Source: Actinomycetota bacterium
GTDB lineage: Bacteria > Actinomycetota > Acidimicrobiia > Acidimicrobiales > Ilumatobacteraceae
NCBI GenBank assembly: GCA_005788205.1
Contig: SXYT01000076.1
Coordinates: forward strand, 3,760 to 67,759
Length of the DNA stretch: 64,000 bases
Reading direction: 5' to 3'
Numbering within the stretch: the first letter of the stretch is position 1; every line of letters starts with the position of its first letter. The notes under the pieces are model-generated. The model was not told where the DNA came from. It made no database searches and was given only the letters and a program-made list of their open reading frames with translations. Below, piece by piece: positions 55,271 through 64,000 of this stretch. The translations under genes and the position numbers were made by a program.

Positions 55271-56803
55271 ATGCCCCGCCGGCTCGTTGTCACACTGCTC
55301 CTCACCGTGCTCGTCACGGGAGGGCTGTTGGTGGGCAACCTGATCGCGGGCAACTCCCCGGCGCTCGGCCTTGACCTGCAGGGTGGGGCCTCGGTCACGC
55401 TGATACCGGACGGGGAGTACGACGAGGTCGCAATCGGCGTCGCCGTCGAGGTGATCAGGCAGCGGGTGGACTCGATCGGCGTGGCCGAACCCGAGATCAT
55501 CCGCCAGGGTTCGACGGTGGTCGTCAATCTCCCCGGTGTGAAGGACCAGCAGCGAGCACTCGAGCTCGTGGGCCGCACCGGCGAGGTGCAGCTGCGCCCG
55601 GTCCTCGGACAGGCCGAAAATGAAGAGTCGACAACCACGACGGTTGCCGGCGCAACAACGACGACCGTCGCCGGTGCGTCGGGCACGGTGCCGCCATCGC
55701 CGGACACCACCCTCGCCGAGCCGTCGGGAGGTCTCGGGAGCTCGCGTGCCCCCGGTGCCGACCCCACCACGACCACCATCGCACCGCCGCCGGCCGAGGG
55801 GGAAGGTGGCGCCGACCCGAACGGTCTCCAACCCGGCCAGGAAGTGCTGCCCGCCGCGAAGGGCAACACGATCTATCTCGTCGGGCCCACAGCCGCGAAC
55901 GGCGAGGTGTTCGAGAAGGAAGCGACGGCAGACATCTCCCAGGGAGGCTGGGCGGTCAGTGTCAACCTGCGCGGCGGCGCGGGGGGCGAGGACATCTGGA
56001 ATGCGCTCGCCAAGAAGTGCTTCGACGGGGGCGCGGAATGCCCCACGAAGCAGGTCGCGATAGTGCTCGACGGGGAGGTGATCTCTGCGCCGGTCGTCCA
56101 GACGCCCGATTTCAACGGGTCGGTGCAGATCACCGGTGACTTCACGGAGAAAGAGGCCCGTGACCTGGCCAAGATCCTCCAGTTCGGTGCCGTCCCGGTG
56201 CGCTTCGACACGCCCACCGTCCAGACCGTGTCGGCAACGCTCGGCAAGGACTCTCTGAACGCCGCGATCGTGTCCGGACTTCTCGGCGTTCTCCTCGTGC
56301 TCGCCTTCCTCGTCTTCTATTACCGCCTCATCGCACTCGTGGTCGTCGCCGGACTCGGGGTCTCGGGCATGCTCCTGTGGAGCGTGATCTCTTGGCTCTC
56401 GAAAACGAACGGTCTCGCGCTGACCCTCTCGGGTGCGGCGGGCATCATCGTCTCCATCGGCGTCACCGTGGACTCCTACGTCGTGTTCTTCGAGCGCCTG
56501 AAGGACGACGTCCAGAGCGGCCGCACACTGCGCAACTCGGCTGTGCGCGGTTTCGAGAGCGCGTGGCGCACCATCCTCGCCGCTGACACCGTCTCGCTCC
56601 TCGGTGCGGTCATTCTCTGGTGGCTCACCGTCGGTTCGGTGCGGGGATTCGCGTTCTTCCTCGCGCTGTCCACGATCTCCGACATGGTCGTGTCCTATTT
56701 CTTCACGCGGCCGACTGTCCTGCTGCTGTCCCGAACCAGACTGATGAACAAGGGCCGCGTCCTCGGTGTTCGCCCTGCCCTCACCGCAGCGGAGGTGAAC
56801 TGA
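55271..56803 (+). CDS. secD: Protein translocase subunit SecD
   Basis: LGLDLQGG, RVDSIGVAEP, AIVLDGEVISAP, VSATLG, GVTVDS, GSVRGFA. Confidence 0.96.
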   Translation: MPRRLVVTLLLTVLVTGGLLVGNLIAGNSPALGLDLQGGASVTLIPDGEYDEVAIGVAVEVIRQRVDSIGVAEPEIIRQGSTVVVNLPGVKDQQRALELVGRTGEVQLRPVLGQAENEESTTTTVAGATTTTVAGASGTVPPSPDTTLAEPSGGLGSSRAPGADPTTTTIAPPPAEGEGGADPNGLQPGQEVLPAAKGNTIYLVGPTAANGEVFEKEATADISQGGWAVSVNLRGGAGGEDIWNALAKKCFDGGAECPTKQVAIVLDGEVISAPVVQTPDFNGSVQITGDFTEKEARDLAKILQFGAVPVRFDTPTVQTVSATLGKDSLNAAIVSGLLGVLLVLAFLVFYYRLIALVVVAGLGVSGMLLWSVISWLSKTNGLALTLSGAAGIIVSIGVTVDSYVVFFERLKDDVQSGRTLRNSAVRGFESAWRTILAADTVSLLGAVILWWLTVGSVRGFAFFLALSTISDMVVSYFFTRPTVLLLSRTRLMNKGRVLGVRPALTAAEVN

Positions 56804-57924
56804 TGGCCGGACGCTGGCAACGGCTCTACCGCGGCGAGTCCACGATCGATTTCTACGGTCGTCGCCGTTTCGGGTTCTTCTTCTCTGCCGCGCTCCTTCT
56901 CGTGGCAGTCGTGTCCCTTTTCGCCCAGGGGCTCAACCTCGGCATCGACTTCAAGGGCGGGGTCGCGTGGGAGGCCCCCGTCAGCGGACAACTCACCATC
57001 GAGTCCGCGAAGGTCATCCTCGAGGACGCAGGCATCGACGAGACGTCGGCCAAATTCCAGTTGCTGAGCTCTGCTGCGGACCAGCGCCTGCGTATCCAGG
57101 CGGGCGAGCAGACGGAGGCCGTGCAGAAGGACGTGCAGGACAGACTCGCCGCCAAGGCAGGGTCCGGCGAGGACAGCGTGAGCGTGGCCACGGTCAGCTC
57201 GACCTGGGGTCGCAGCATCACCAACAAGGCGATCCGTGCCCTTCTCGTGTTCATGCTCTTCGTCTCGATCTTCATCTCCTGGAGGTTCGAGTGGGGCATG
57301 GCCCTGTCGGCCATCGCTGCAATGGTCCATGACGTCGGCATCAGTGTCGGCGTCTACTCGGTGCTCAGGCTGGAGGTCACCCCGGCGACGGTCGTGGCTT
57401 TCCTGACGATCCTCGGTTTCTCCCTCTACGACACGATCGTGGTGTTCGACAAGGTCCACGAGAACTCGGCCCGCTTCTCCGGCAGCAGGGTGTCCTCGGG
57501 GGATGTCATCAACGTCTCGATGAACCAGGTGCTCATGCGCTCGCTGAACACGAGCATCGCCGCCGTCCTGCCCGTTTTCAGCCTCCTCGTGCTCGGATCC
57601 GGGGTCTTCGGCGCGGTCGCACTCCGCGAGTTCGCGCTCGCTCTCCTCGTGGGTCTCTCCACCGGCGCCTACTCCTCGATCTTCATCGCGTCGCCCCTGC
57701 TCGGGCTGCTGAAGAACCGTGACCCGCGGTACAGGCCGTACCGGTCGCACCTGTCGACCGGGCCGGAGATGGCCCACCTGATGGCCACCGGTGCTCCCGC
57801 CAGCCGCAGGGGAGCCTTTGTCACTGCCGTCAGCGACACCGAGGCATCCCCGGAGGTCGCCGCGGCTGTCGCCGAGTCCGTGCTGAGCCACCCCCCGCGT
57901 CCGCGCAAGAGGGTGCGTCGCTAA
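56803..57924 (+). CDS. secF: Protein translocase subunit SecF
   Basis: NLGIDFKGG, HDV, LTILGFSLYDTIVVFDKV, RSLNTS, GAYSSIFIASP; TGATG coupling to secD. Confidence 0.96.
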   Translation: MAGRWQRLYRGESTIDFYGRRRFGFFFSAALLLVAVVSLFAQGLNLGIDFKGGVAWEAPVSGQLTIESAKVILEDAGIDETSAKFQLLSSAADQRLRIQAGEQTEAVQKDVQDRLAAKAGSGEDSVSVATVSSTWGRSITNKAIRALLVFMLFVSIFISWRFEWGMALSAIAAMVHDVGISVGVYSVLRLEVTPATVVAFLTILGFSLYDTIVVFDKVHENSARFSGSRVSSGDVINVSMNQVLMRSLNTSIAAVLPVFSLLVLGSGVFGAVALREFALALLVGLSTGAYSSIFIASPLLGLLKNRDPRYRPYRSHLSTGPEMAHLMATGAPASRRGAFVTAVSDTEASPEVAAAVAESVLSHPPRPRKRVRR

Positions 57925-57933
57925 CCTTCACGC

Positions 57934-60153
57934 ATGGGCACAGCCGACCGCGTCCTCCCGTGGCGACGGCACCACAGCGCGCCGATCGAGGAACTCGCCC
58001 CCCTGCTCGGGTCCTACCGCAGGCGGCACCCGCGCCAGTCCGTCGCTCTGGTCAACAGGGCCTACGAGACCGCCCGCCGCGCCCACCAGAACCAGATGAG
58101 GTCCTCGGGGGAGGCGTACATCAACCACCCGATCGCGGTCGCCAGGATCGTCGCTGACATCGGTCTCGACGAGGTCTCCCTCGCAGCTGCGCTCCTCCAT
58201 GATGCTGTCGAGGACACCGAGATCACGCTCGAGGACGTCCAGCGCGACTTCGGCGACGAGGTGGCGGGGATCGTGGACGGTGTCACGAAACTGGAGCGCC
58301 TGCAGTTCGACTCGCGCGAGGAGCAACAGGCGGCAACGATGCGCAAGATGCTCGTGGCCATCGCCCGCGACATACGCGTCCTCGGCATCAAGCTCGCGGA
58401 CCGCCTGCACAACATGCGCACGCTCGCCGGCATGCCCGTCGAGAAGCAGCAGCGGGTCGCCCAGGAGACGCTCGACATCGACGCGCCGCTCGCCCACCGT
58501 CTGGGCATGCAGGACATGAAACAGCAGCTCGAGGATCTCGCGTTCTCCGCCCTCTACCCGAAGCGCTTCGCCGAGCTGGACCATCTCGTCTCCAGTCGGA
58601 CGCCGGAGAGGGACGTCTACCTGGCGAAGGCGATCGCCGAGGTCCAGGGCAGGCTCGCCGATGTGAACATCGCCGGCGAGGTCACGGGGCGGGGGAAGCA
58701 CCTCTGGAGCATCTACGAAAAGATGGTCCAGAAGGACCGTGACTTCGACGAGATCTTCGACCTGAACGCGATCCGGATCATCGTGGACAACGTCCGTGAC
58801 TGCTACGGGGCGCTCGGTTGCATCCACGGCAAGTGGCGCCCGGTGGTCGGCAGGTTCAAGGACTACATCGCCATGCCGAAGTTCAACCGGTACCAGTCGC
58901 TCCACACCACCGTGATCGGCCCGGGTGGCAAGCCGCTCGAGGTGCAGATCAGGACGAGGGAGATGCACGAACAGGCGGAGTTCGGTGTCGCCGCCCACTT
59001 CGGCTACAAGCACGGCACCGACTCGAGCGACCTGGACTGGCTGAACAGGATCATCGACTGGCAGTCGGAGATGCTCGACCCGGACCAGTTCATGGCCGAC
59101 CTGAAGACCGACCTCGAGCAGGAGGAGGTCTTCGTGTTCACGCCGAAGGGGCGGGTCATCACCCTCCCCGTCAACTCAACCCCGGTCGACTTTGCCTACG
59201 CCGTCCATACCGAGGTCGGCCACTCGTGCATCGGTGCCCGTGTGAACGGCAGGCTCGTCTCGCTCGACTCGTCGTTGTCGTCTGGGGACACCTGCGAGAT
59301 CTTCACCTCGAAGGTCGAGGACGCGGGCCCCTCGCGCGACTGGCTGGGTTACGTGCAGTCCCCGCGCGCGACGAACAAGATCAAGCAGTGGTTCTCCCGC
59401 GAGCGACGCGAGGACATGGTCGAGGCGGGCCGCGAGGAGCTGGCGGCGGAACTGCGACGGGAGGGCCTGCCGGTGCAGCGCATCTGGTCCTCTGACGCAT
59501 TCCTCGAGCAAATGGAGGCGCTCAACTTCACGGACGTCGACTCGCTCCTCGCCGCGATCGGCGAGCACCATGTCTCGGCGCGCGGATTCGCCCAGCGCAT
59601 CGGCAGGTCCGTGCGCCACGAGTCGAGCGACGAGCAGCTCGCCATGCCGATGCGGGCGGACCGGACCGACGGCATCCCGCGCTCGACGACCGGCATCCAC
59701 GTGGAGGGTCTCGACGACGTCCTCGTGCGTCTGTCCCGTTGCTGCACCCCCGTGCCGGGTGACGACATCATCGGGTTCGTCACGAAGGGCCGCGGGGTCA
59801 GCGTGCACAGGGCCGACTGTGCGAACGCCATGAACCTTGCCGGTGACGAGCCCGCGAGGCTCATCGAGGTCGAATGGTCGGGCGCGACCCCGGGCGCGGT
59901 CTTCAGGGCCGGGGTGGAGGTTGTCGCCCTCGACCGCAGCAGGCTCCTGCGTGACGTGGCGAACGCCCTCTCGGAGCAGCACGTCAACATCGTTGCCTGC
60001 AGCACCCACACCGGCCAGGACCGCGTGGCAAAGATGCGTTTCGAGTTCGAGCTCGGCGACCCGAACCACCTCGACGCGGTCCTGCGGATGATCAAGGGGA
60101 TCGATGCCGTCTACGACGCATATCGCATCGTGCCCGGCGGCTCCGCGGACTAG
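57934..60153 (+). CDS. rel: Bifunctional (p)ppGpp synthetase/hydrolase Rel
   Basis: RSSGEAYINHP, LLHDAVED, KLADRLHNMRT, RFKDYI, YQSLHT, EVQIRT, TGS and ACT domains. Confidence 0.97.
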   Translation: MGTADRVLPWRRHHSAPIEELAPLLGSYRRRHPRQSVALVNRAYETARRAHQNQMRSSGEAYINHPIAVARIVADIGLDEVSLAAALLHDAVEDTEITLEDVQRDFGDEVAGIVDGVTKLERLQFDSREEQQAATMRKMLVAIARDIRVLGIKLADRLHNMRTLAGMPVEKQQRVAQETLDIDAPLAHRLGMQDMKQQLEDLAFSALYPKRFAELDHLVSSRTPERDVYLAKAIAEVQGRLADVNIAGEVTGRGKHLWSIYEKMVQKDRDFDEIFDLNAIRIIVDNVRDCYGALGCIHGKWRPVVGRFKDYIAMPKFNRYQSLHTTVIGPGGKPLEVQIRTREMHEQAEFGVAAHFGYKHGTDSSDLDWLNRIIDWQSEMLDPDQFMADLKTDLEQEEVFVFTPKGRVITLPVNSTPVDFAYAVHTEVGHSCIGARVNGRLVSLDSSLSSGDTCEIFTSKVEDAGPSRDWLGYVQSPRATNKIKQWFSRERREDMVEAGREELAAELRREGLPVQRIWSSDAFLEQMEALNFTDVDSLLAAIGEHHVSARGFAQRIGRSVRHESSDEQLAMPMRADRTDGIPRSTTGIHVEGLDDVLVRLSRCCTPVPGDDIIGFVTKGRGVSVHRADCANAMNLAGDEPARLIEVEWSGATPGAVFRAGVEVVALDRSRLLRDVANALSEQHVNIVACSTHTGQDRVAKMRFEFELGDPNHLDAVLRMIKGIDAVYDAYRIVPGGSAD

Positions 60154-60164
60154 TCTTCGCTGTC

Positions 60165-61442
60165 GTGCCGAGTTTCCAGACCAGCCCGGGTACCCGCGAC
60201 ATCCTGCCGCCCCAGGCCGGGCGCTGGCGCGCGCTCTCCGACATCTTCGCGGACATCGTCCAGTCCGCCGGTTACGAGTGCATCATCCCGCCGATGTTCG
60301 AGGATCTCGGTGTCTTTCTCCGGATCGGCGACGCGACGGACATCGTGACGAAGGAGATGTACGACTTCGTCGACAAGGGTGACCGCCACATCGCGCTCCG
60401 GCCAGAACAGACCGCAGGTGTGTGCAGGGCCTTTGCCCAGCACCGTCCCGTCACACCGTGGAAGGTCTGGTACTCGGGACCCAACTTCCGCTACGAAAAG
60501 CCCCAGGCAGGTCGTTACCGCCAGTTCGACCAGGTCGGCGTCGAGGTTCTCGGCAGCGATGACGCCCTCCTCGACGCAGAGGTCATCTCGCTCGCCTGGC
60601 AGTTCTTTGCCCGCCTCGGTCTTGTCGGGGTGGAGCTCGTCGTCAATTCCCTGGGCGAGGCCGACGAGCGCGCGGCGTACATCGAGGCGCTGCGGGCCCA
60701 CCTCGAGTCGCACCGGGGCGAGTTGTCGGAGGAGTCCGTCGCGACACTGTCGCGCAACCCGTTGCGGGTCCTCGACTCGAAGCGCCGCCAGGACGCATCG
60801 GTGATCGCCTCAGCCCCGCGCATCTCGGCCCACCTGTCCGTTGCCTCCTCGTCCCACTTTGCCGCCGTCCTTGCCGGGCTGGATGCCCTCGGTGTGCCGT
60901 ACCGCGTGGACGAAATGCTGGTCCGTGGCCTCGACTACTACCGGCGCACCACGTTCGAGTTCGTGTCGCTCTCGCTCGACGGGTCGCAGAACGCCGTGGG
61001 CGGCGGCGGCAGGTACGACGGTCTGGTGGAGGATCTCGGTGGTCCCGCGACCGGCGGGGTCGGTTTCGCCATCGGCGTCGACCGGACGCTCCTTGCCTGC
61101 GATGCGGAGGGCGTGTTCGATGCGGGGTCCCTCGCTCTCGACGCTTTCGTCGTGGACGTGACCGACGGGCTCGCCGCCACGAGGCTCGCCGAGGCACTGC
61201 GGGCAGCGGGCTACAGCACCGACAGGGCCTTTGACGGGCGCAGCATGAAGTCACAGATGAAGGCCGCCGACCGCAGCGGTGCGGCAATGGCAGTGATCGT
61301 CGGGCCCGACGAGGCAGCATCGTCCACCTGCACGGTCCGTAACCTTGCCACCTCGGAACAGGTGTCGGTCCCGCAGTCGGGCCTCGTCGCCCATGTCGCC
61401 GCCGCGCTCGGCCCCCGCACCCCCCGGAGGAACCCCCAATGA
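60165..61442 (+). CDS. hisS: Histidine-tRNA ligase
   Basis: PGTRD, KEMY, LRPEQTA, FRYEKPQAGRYRQF, VRGLDYY, GGGRYDGL. Confidence 0.97.
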   Translation: MPSFQTSPGTRDILPPQAGRWRALSDIFADIVQSAGYECIIPPMFEDLGVFLRIGDATDIVTKEMYDFVDKGDRHIALRPEQTAGVCRAFAQHRPVTPWKVWYSGPNFRYEKPQAGRYRQFDQVGVEVLGSDDALLDAEVISLAWQFFARLGLVGVELVVNSLGEADERAAYIEALRAHLESHRGELSEESVATLSRNPLRVLDSKRRQDASVIASAPRISAHLSVASSSHFAAVLAGLDALGVPYRVDEMLVRGLDYYRRTTFEFVSLSLDGSQNAVGGGGRYDGLVEDLGGPATGGVGFAIGVDRTLLACDAEGVFDAGSLALDAFVVDVTDGLAATRLAEALRAAGYSTDRAFDGRSMKSQMKAADRSGAAMAVIVGPDEAASSTCTVRNLATSEQVSVPQSGLVAHVAAALGPRTPRRNPQ

Positions 61443-63199
61443 AGCCAACTGCGATGCGCACCCACATGTGCGGCGAACTGCGCGAGTCCGACATAGGCCG
61501 GCAGGTGTCACTCTGCGGCTGGGTGGGACGTCGCCGTGAGCACGGCGAGCATCTCGCGTTCGTGGACCTGCGGGATCACACGGGAATCATCCAGTGCGTC
61601 ATCGACACCGGGGCGGACGTGCGCAGCGAGTACGTCGTGCGCATCACGGGTGTGGTGCGGGCCCGGCCCGGGGGCACCGCGAACGATGCCCTCCCCACCG
61701 GGGCGGTCGAGGTGGGTGAGTGCGCCGTTGAGATCCTGAACGTTGCCGAGCCGCCCCCGTTCCCCGTGGACGCGCGTGCCGACGACGTGGACGAGGCGAT
61801 CAGGCTCAAGCACCGGTACATCGACATCAGGCGGGAGCGGATGCAGCGAAACCTGCGCCTGCGTGCCGCCATCAACAGTGCCATCCGGCGCGAGATGGAG
61901 CAGAACGGCTTCCTGGAGGTGGAGACACCTTTCCTCATGCCGTCCACCCCGGAGGGTGCCCGGGAGTTCCTCGTGCCGTCGCGCAAGGAGCCGGGCTCGT
62001 TCTTCGCCCTGCCGCAGTCGCCGCAACTGTGGAAGCAACTGCTGATGGTCTCCGGTGTGGATCGCTACTACCAGATCGCCCGCTGCCTGCGTGACGAGGA
62101 CCTTCGCGCTGACCGTCAGTACGAGTTCATGCAGCTGGATGCCGAGATGTCGTTCGTGTCCCAGGATGACGTGCTCGAGTACATCGGCAGGGCGGTCGTG
62201 GCGGCGGCGGAGGCCGTGACGGGGGAGCGCCCTCCCGAGATCGAGCGCATCACGTGGCGCCAGGCGATGGAGCGGTTCGGTGTGGACAAGCCGGACCTGC
62301 GCTTCGGGCTCGAGTTGACCGAACTCACGCACGTCTTTGCGGGCACCGAGTTCAAGGCGTTCGCCGGTGCCGGCTCGATCAAGGGGATCTGTGTCCGTGC
62401 ATCCGAGTACCCGGAGGCCGCGGCGTTCGGCCGCAACAAACTCGACGCGCTCACGGACCGGGCAAAGAAGATCGGCGCGAAGGGTCTCGTCTGGATCAAG
62501 GTCAACGGGGCGGACCTGGAGTCACCCGTCGCCAAGTTCCTGTCCGACAGCGAGAAGTCGTCTCTCATCGCGGCCATGGGTGCGGGTGACGGGGACCTCA
62601 TCCTCATCGTGGCCGACGAGTGGTCGACCACGTGCGAGGTCCTCGGCCAGCTGCGCAATGATATCGGCCGTCCGCCCGTGCACGAGGGCCCGTACAGGTA
62701 CGTGTGGGTCACGGAGTTCCCGTTGTTCGTGGGGCTCGACAAGACGACCGGCAAACCCGTCCCCGGGCACCACCCGTTCTGCCACCCGCACCCGGATGAT
62801 CTCGCTCTCTTCGAGACCGATCCGCTGGGGGTGCGTGCGCTGGCGTACGACCTGGTGCTGAACGGCTGGGAGCTCGGCTCGGGCTCCATCCGCATCCACG
62901 AGCCCGCCCTCCAGCGGCGTGTGTTCAACATCCTCGGTATCGACGATGCCGAGGCCGACAAGCGGTTCGGGTTCTTCCTCCAGCCGTTCCGTTTCGGGGC
63001 GCCGCCCCACGGCGGGTTCGCCTTCGGCATCGACAGGCTGGCGGCGATTCTCGCTGGCGAGGAGAACATCCGCGAGGTGATCGCGTTCCCGAAGACCCAG
63101 AGCGGTGCAGACCCGTTGACGAACGCACCCACCCCGGTCGACGCGAAGCACCTGGCCGAACTGGGCCTGCGCATCCTGCCCCCGCCTGCGTCCTCCTGA
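61439..63199 (+). CDS. aspS: Aspartate-tRNA ligase (probably non-discriminating Asp/Asn)
   Basis: MRTHMCGEL, FVDLRD, TPEGARE, ALPQSPQ, RDEDLRADRQ, GGFAFGIDR, IAFPK; His/Gly at the usual non-discriminating positions (RREHG, PGGT). Confidence 0.96.
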   Translation: MKPTAMRTHMCGELRESDIGRQVSLCGWVGRRREHGEHLAFVDLRDHTGIIQCVIDTGADVRSEYVVRITGVVRARPGGTANDALPTGAVEVGECAVEILNVAEPPPFPVDARADDVDEAIRLKHRYIDIRRERMQRNLRLRAAINSAIRREMEQNGFLEVETPFLMPSTPEGAREFLVPSRKEPGSFFALPQSPQLWKQLLMVSGVDRYYQIARCLRDEDLRADRQYEFMQLDAEMSFVSQDDVLEYIGRAVVAAAEAVTGERPPEIERITWRQAMERFGVDKPDLRFGLELTELTHVFAGTEFKAFAGAGSIKGICVRASEYPEAAAFGRNKLDALTDRAKKIGAKGLVWIKVNGADLESPVAKFLSDSEKSSLIAAMGAGDGDLILIVADEWSTTCEVLGQLRNDIGRPPVHEGPYRYVWVTEFPLFVGLDKTTGKPVPGHHPFCHPHPDDLALFETDPLGVRALAYDLVLNGWELGSGSIRIHEPALQRRVFNILGIDDAEADKRFGFFLQPFRFGAPPHGGFAFGIDRLAAILAGEENIREVIAFPKTQSGADPLTNAPTPVDAKHLAELGLRILPPPASS

Positions 63200-63205
63200 G
63201 CACGG

Positions 63206-64000
63206 ATGGGCGACGACACGCTGTTCTCCGCCGCTGCGCGGGAGCGTCTCGCCCAGCGGTCGCCCCTGGCGGCCCGGTTGCGACCGCGCACGCTCGACGA
63301 GGTCGTCGGCCAGGAACACCTGACAGCACCCGGGCGCCCGCTGCGCAGGCTGGTCGAGGCCGATGCACTCTCGTCGGTCATCCTGTGGGGTCCGCCCGGA
63401 ACGGGGAAGACGACGATCGCGGGGATCATCGCCGGCACCACGGAGCGCGAGTTCGAGCGGCTCTCGGCCGTGACAGCGGGAGTGAAGGACATCCGCGAGG
63501 TGATCGAGCGCGCGAACGACCGCATCGGCCAGTACTCGCGCTCGACACTCGTCTTCGTCGACGAGATCCACCGGTTCTCGACCACGCAGCAGGACGCGCT
63601 CCTGCACGCCGTGGAGAGCGGCCTGCTGACGCTCATCGGCGCGACCACGGAGAACCCGTCGTTCTCGGTGAACCCGGCCCTGCGCAGCAGGTCCACCGTC
63701 TTTCGTCTCCACCCCGTCGGGGAGGAGGCACTTGTCGCGGTCCTGCACAGGGGTCTCGAGGCTGAGGGCCGCACGGCAGATGACGGAGTGCTCGAGCGCA
63801 TCGCAGCGCGTTGCGCCGGTGACGCGCGACAGGCACTCACCGCGCTCGAGGTCGCCTGTGCGATCTCCGGTGCAGGACCGGTGGGAATGGAGGAGGCTGC
63901 CGCCGCACTCGACACGAGCGTGCAGAGGTTCGACCGTGACGCCCACTACGACATCGCGTCACCGTTCATCAAGTCGATGCGGTCCGGCGATGTCGATGCC
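63206..64000 (+). CDS. rarA: Replication-associated recombination protein RarA/MgsA, 3'-truncated
   Basis: Translated by hand from ATG 63206: PLAARLRPRTLDEVVGQEHL, LWGPPGTGKTT, FVDEIHRF, GATTENP, GDARQAL, HYDIAS.FIKSMR. Confidence 0.93.
   Translation, partial: MGDDTLFSAAARERLAQRSPLAARLRPRTLDEVVGQEHLTAPGRPLRRLVEADALSSVILWGPPGTGKTTIAGIIAGTTEREFERLSAVTAGVKDIREVIERANDRIGQYSRSTLVFVDEIHRFSTTQQDALLHAVESGLLTLIGATTENPSFSVNPALRSRSTVFRLHPVGEEALVAVLHRGLEAEGRTADDGVLERIAARCAGDARQALTALEVACAISGAGPVGMEEAAAALDTSVQRFDRDAHYDIASPFIKSMRSGDVDA

Noticed and set aside
55620..55800. Thr-rich repeats (TTTTVAG) in SecD
   Set aside because: Ordinary low-complexity linker of actinobacterial SecD
1..64000. tRNA, rRNA, tmRNA or riboswitch genes
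   Set aside because: Intergenic gaps are short and none shows a cloverleaf or a motif I recognise; a covariance-model scan would be needed to exclude them formally

Overview
High-GC (roughly 70% by eye), densely coding core-chromosome segment of an actinobacterium. The gene content and protein styles (Bpa proteasome activator, MshC, F420 reductase, PIM genes, type-2 IleRS, queA-tgt) fit class Acidimicrobiia, probably Ilumatobacteraceae-like; this taxonomy is inference. Contents: (i) the dcw cluster mraZ-rsmH-ftsL-ftsI-murE-mraY-murD-ftsW-murG-murC-murB-ftsQ-ftsZ-yggS-sepF-yggT, lacking murF, pgeF and divIVA at their usual positions; (ii) ileS, a histone-H1-like/DksA-like protein, lspA, rluD; (iii) Rrf2, phosphodiesterase, bpa, dnaE; (iv) nitroreductase, YyaL-like, fabI, npdG, mshC, plsC; (v) the thrS-HIT-pgsA-patA...pimA-pdxST-yebC-ruvCAB-queA-tgt-yajC-secDF-rel-hisS-aspS-rarA supercluster, interrupted by a regulator-less arsI-aqpS-arsC cassette plus an LLM oxidoreductase. 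I found no rRNA, tRNA, CRISPR array, transposase, integrase or prophage. The most notable signals are: a 28-bp G-U-rich stem/three-way-junction RNA between mraZ and rsmH that buries the rsmH RBS; a 10-bp-periodic AGTGG array over a TTGACA-17-TAATGT promoter; a cysteine-free DksA/TraR-like domain fused to a PAKK-repeat tail; widespread apparently leaderless genes, including an 18-bp bidirectional promoter; an SOS box over the ruvC start; and scattered radical substitutions at normally conserved residues (possibly sequencing errors). No clearly novel multi-gene system can be demonstrated from sequence alone.
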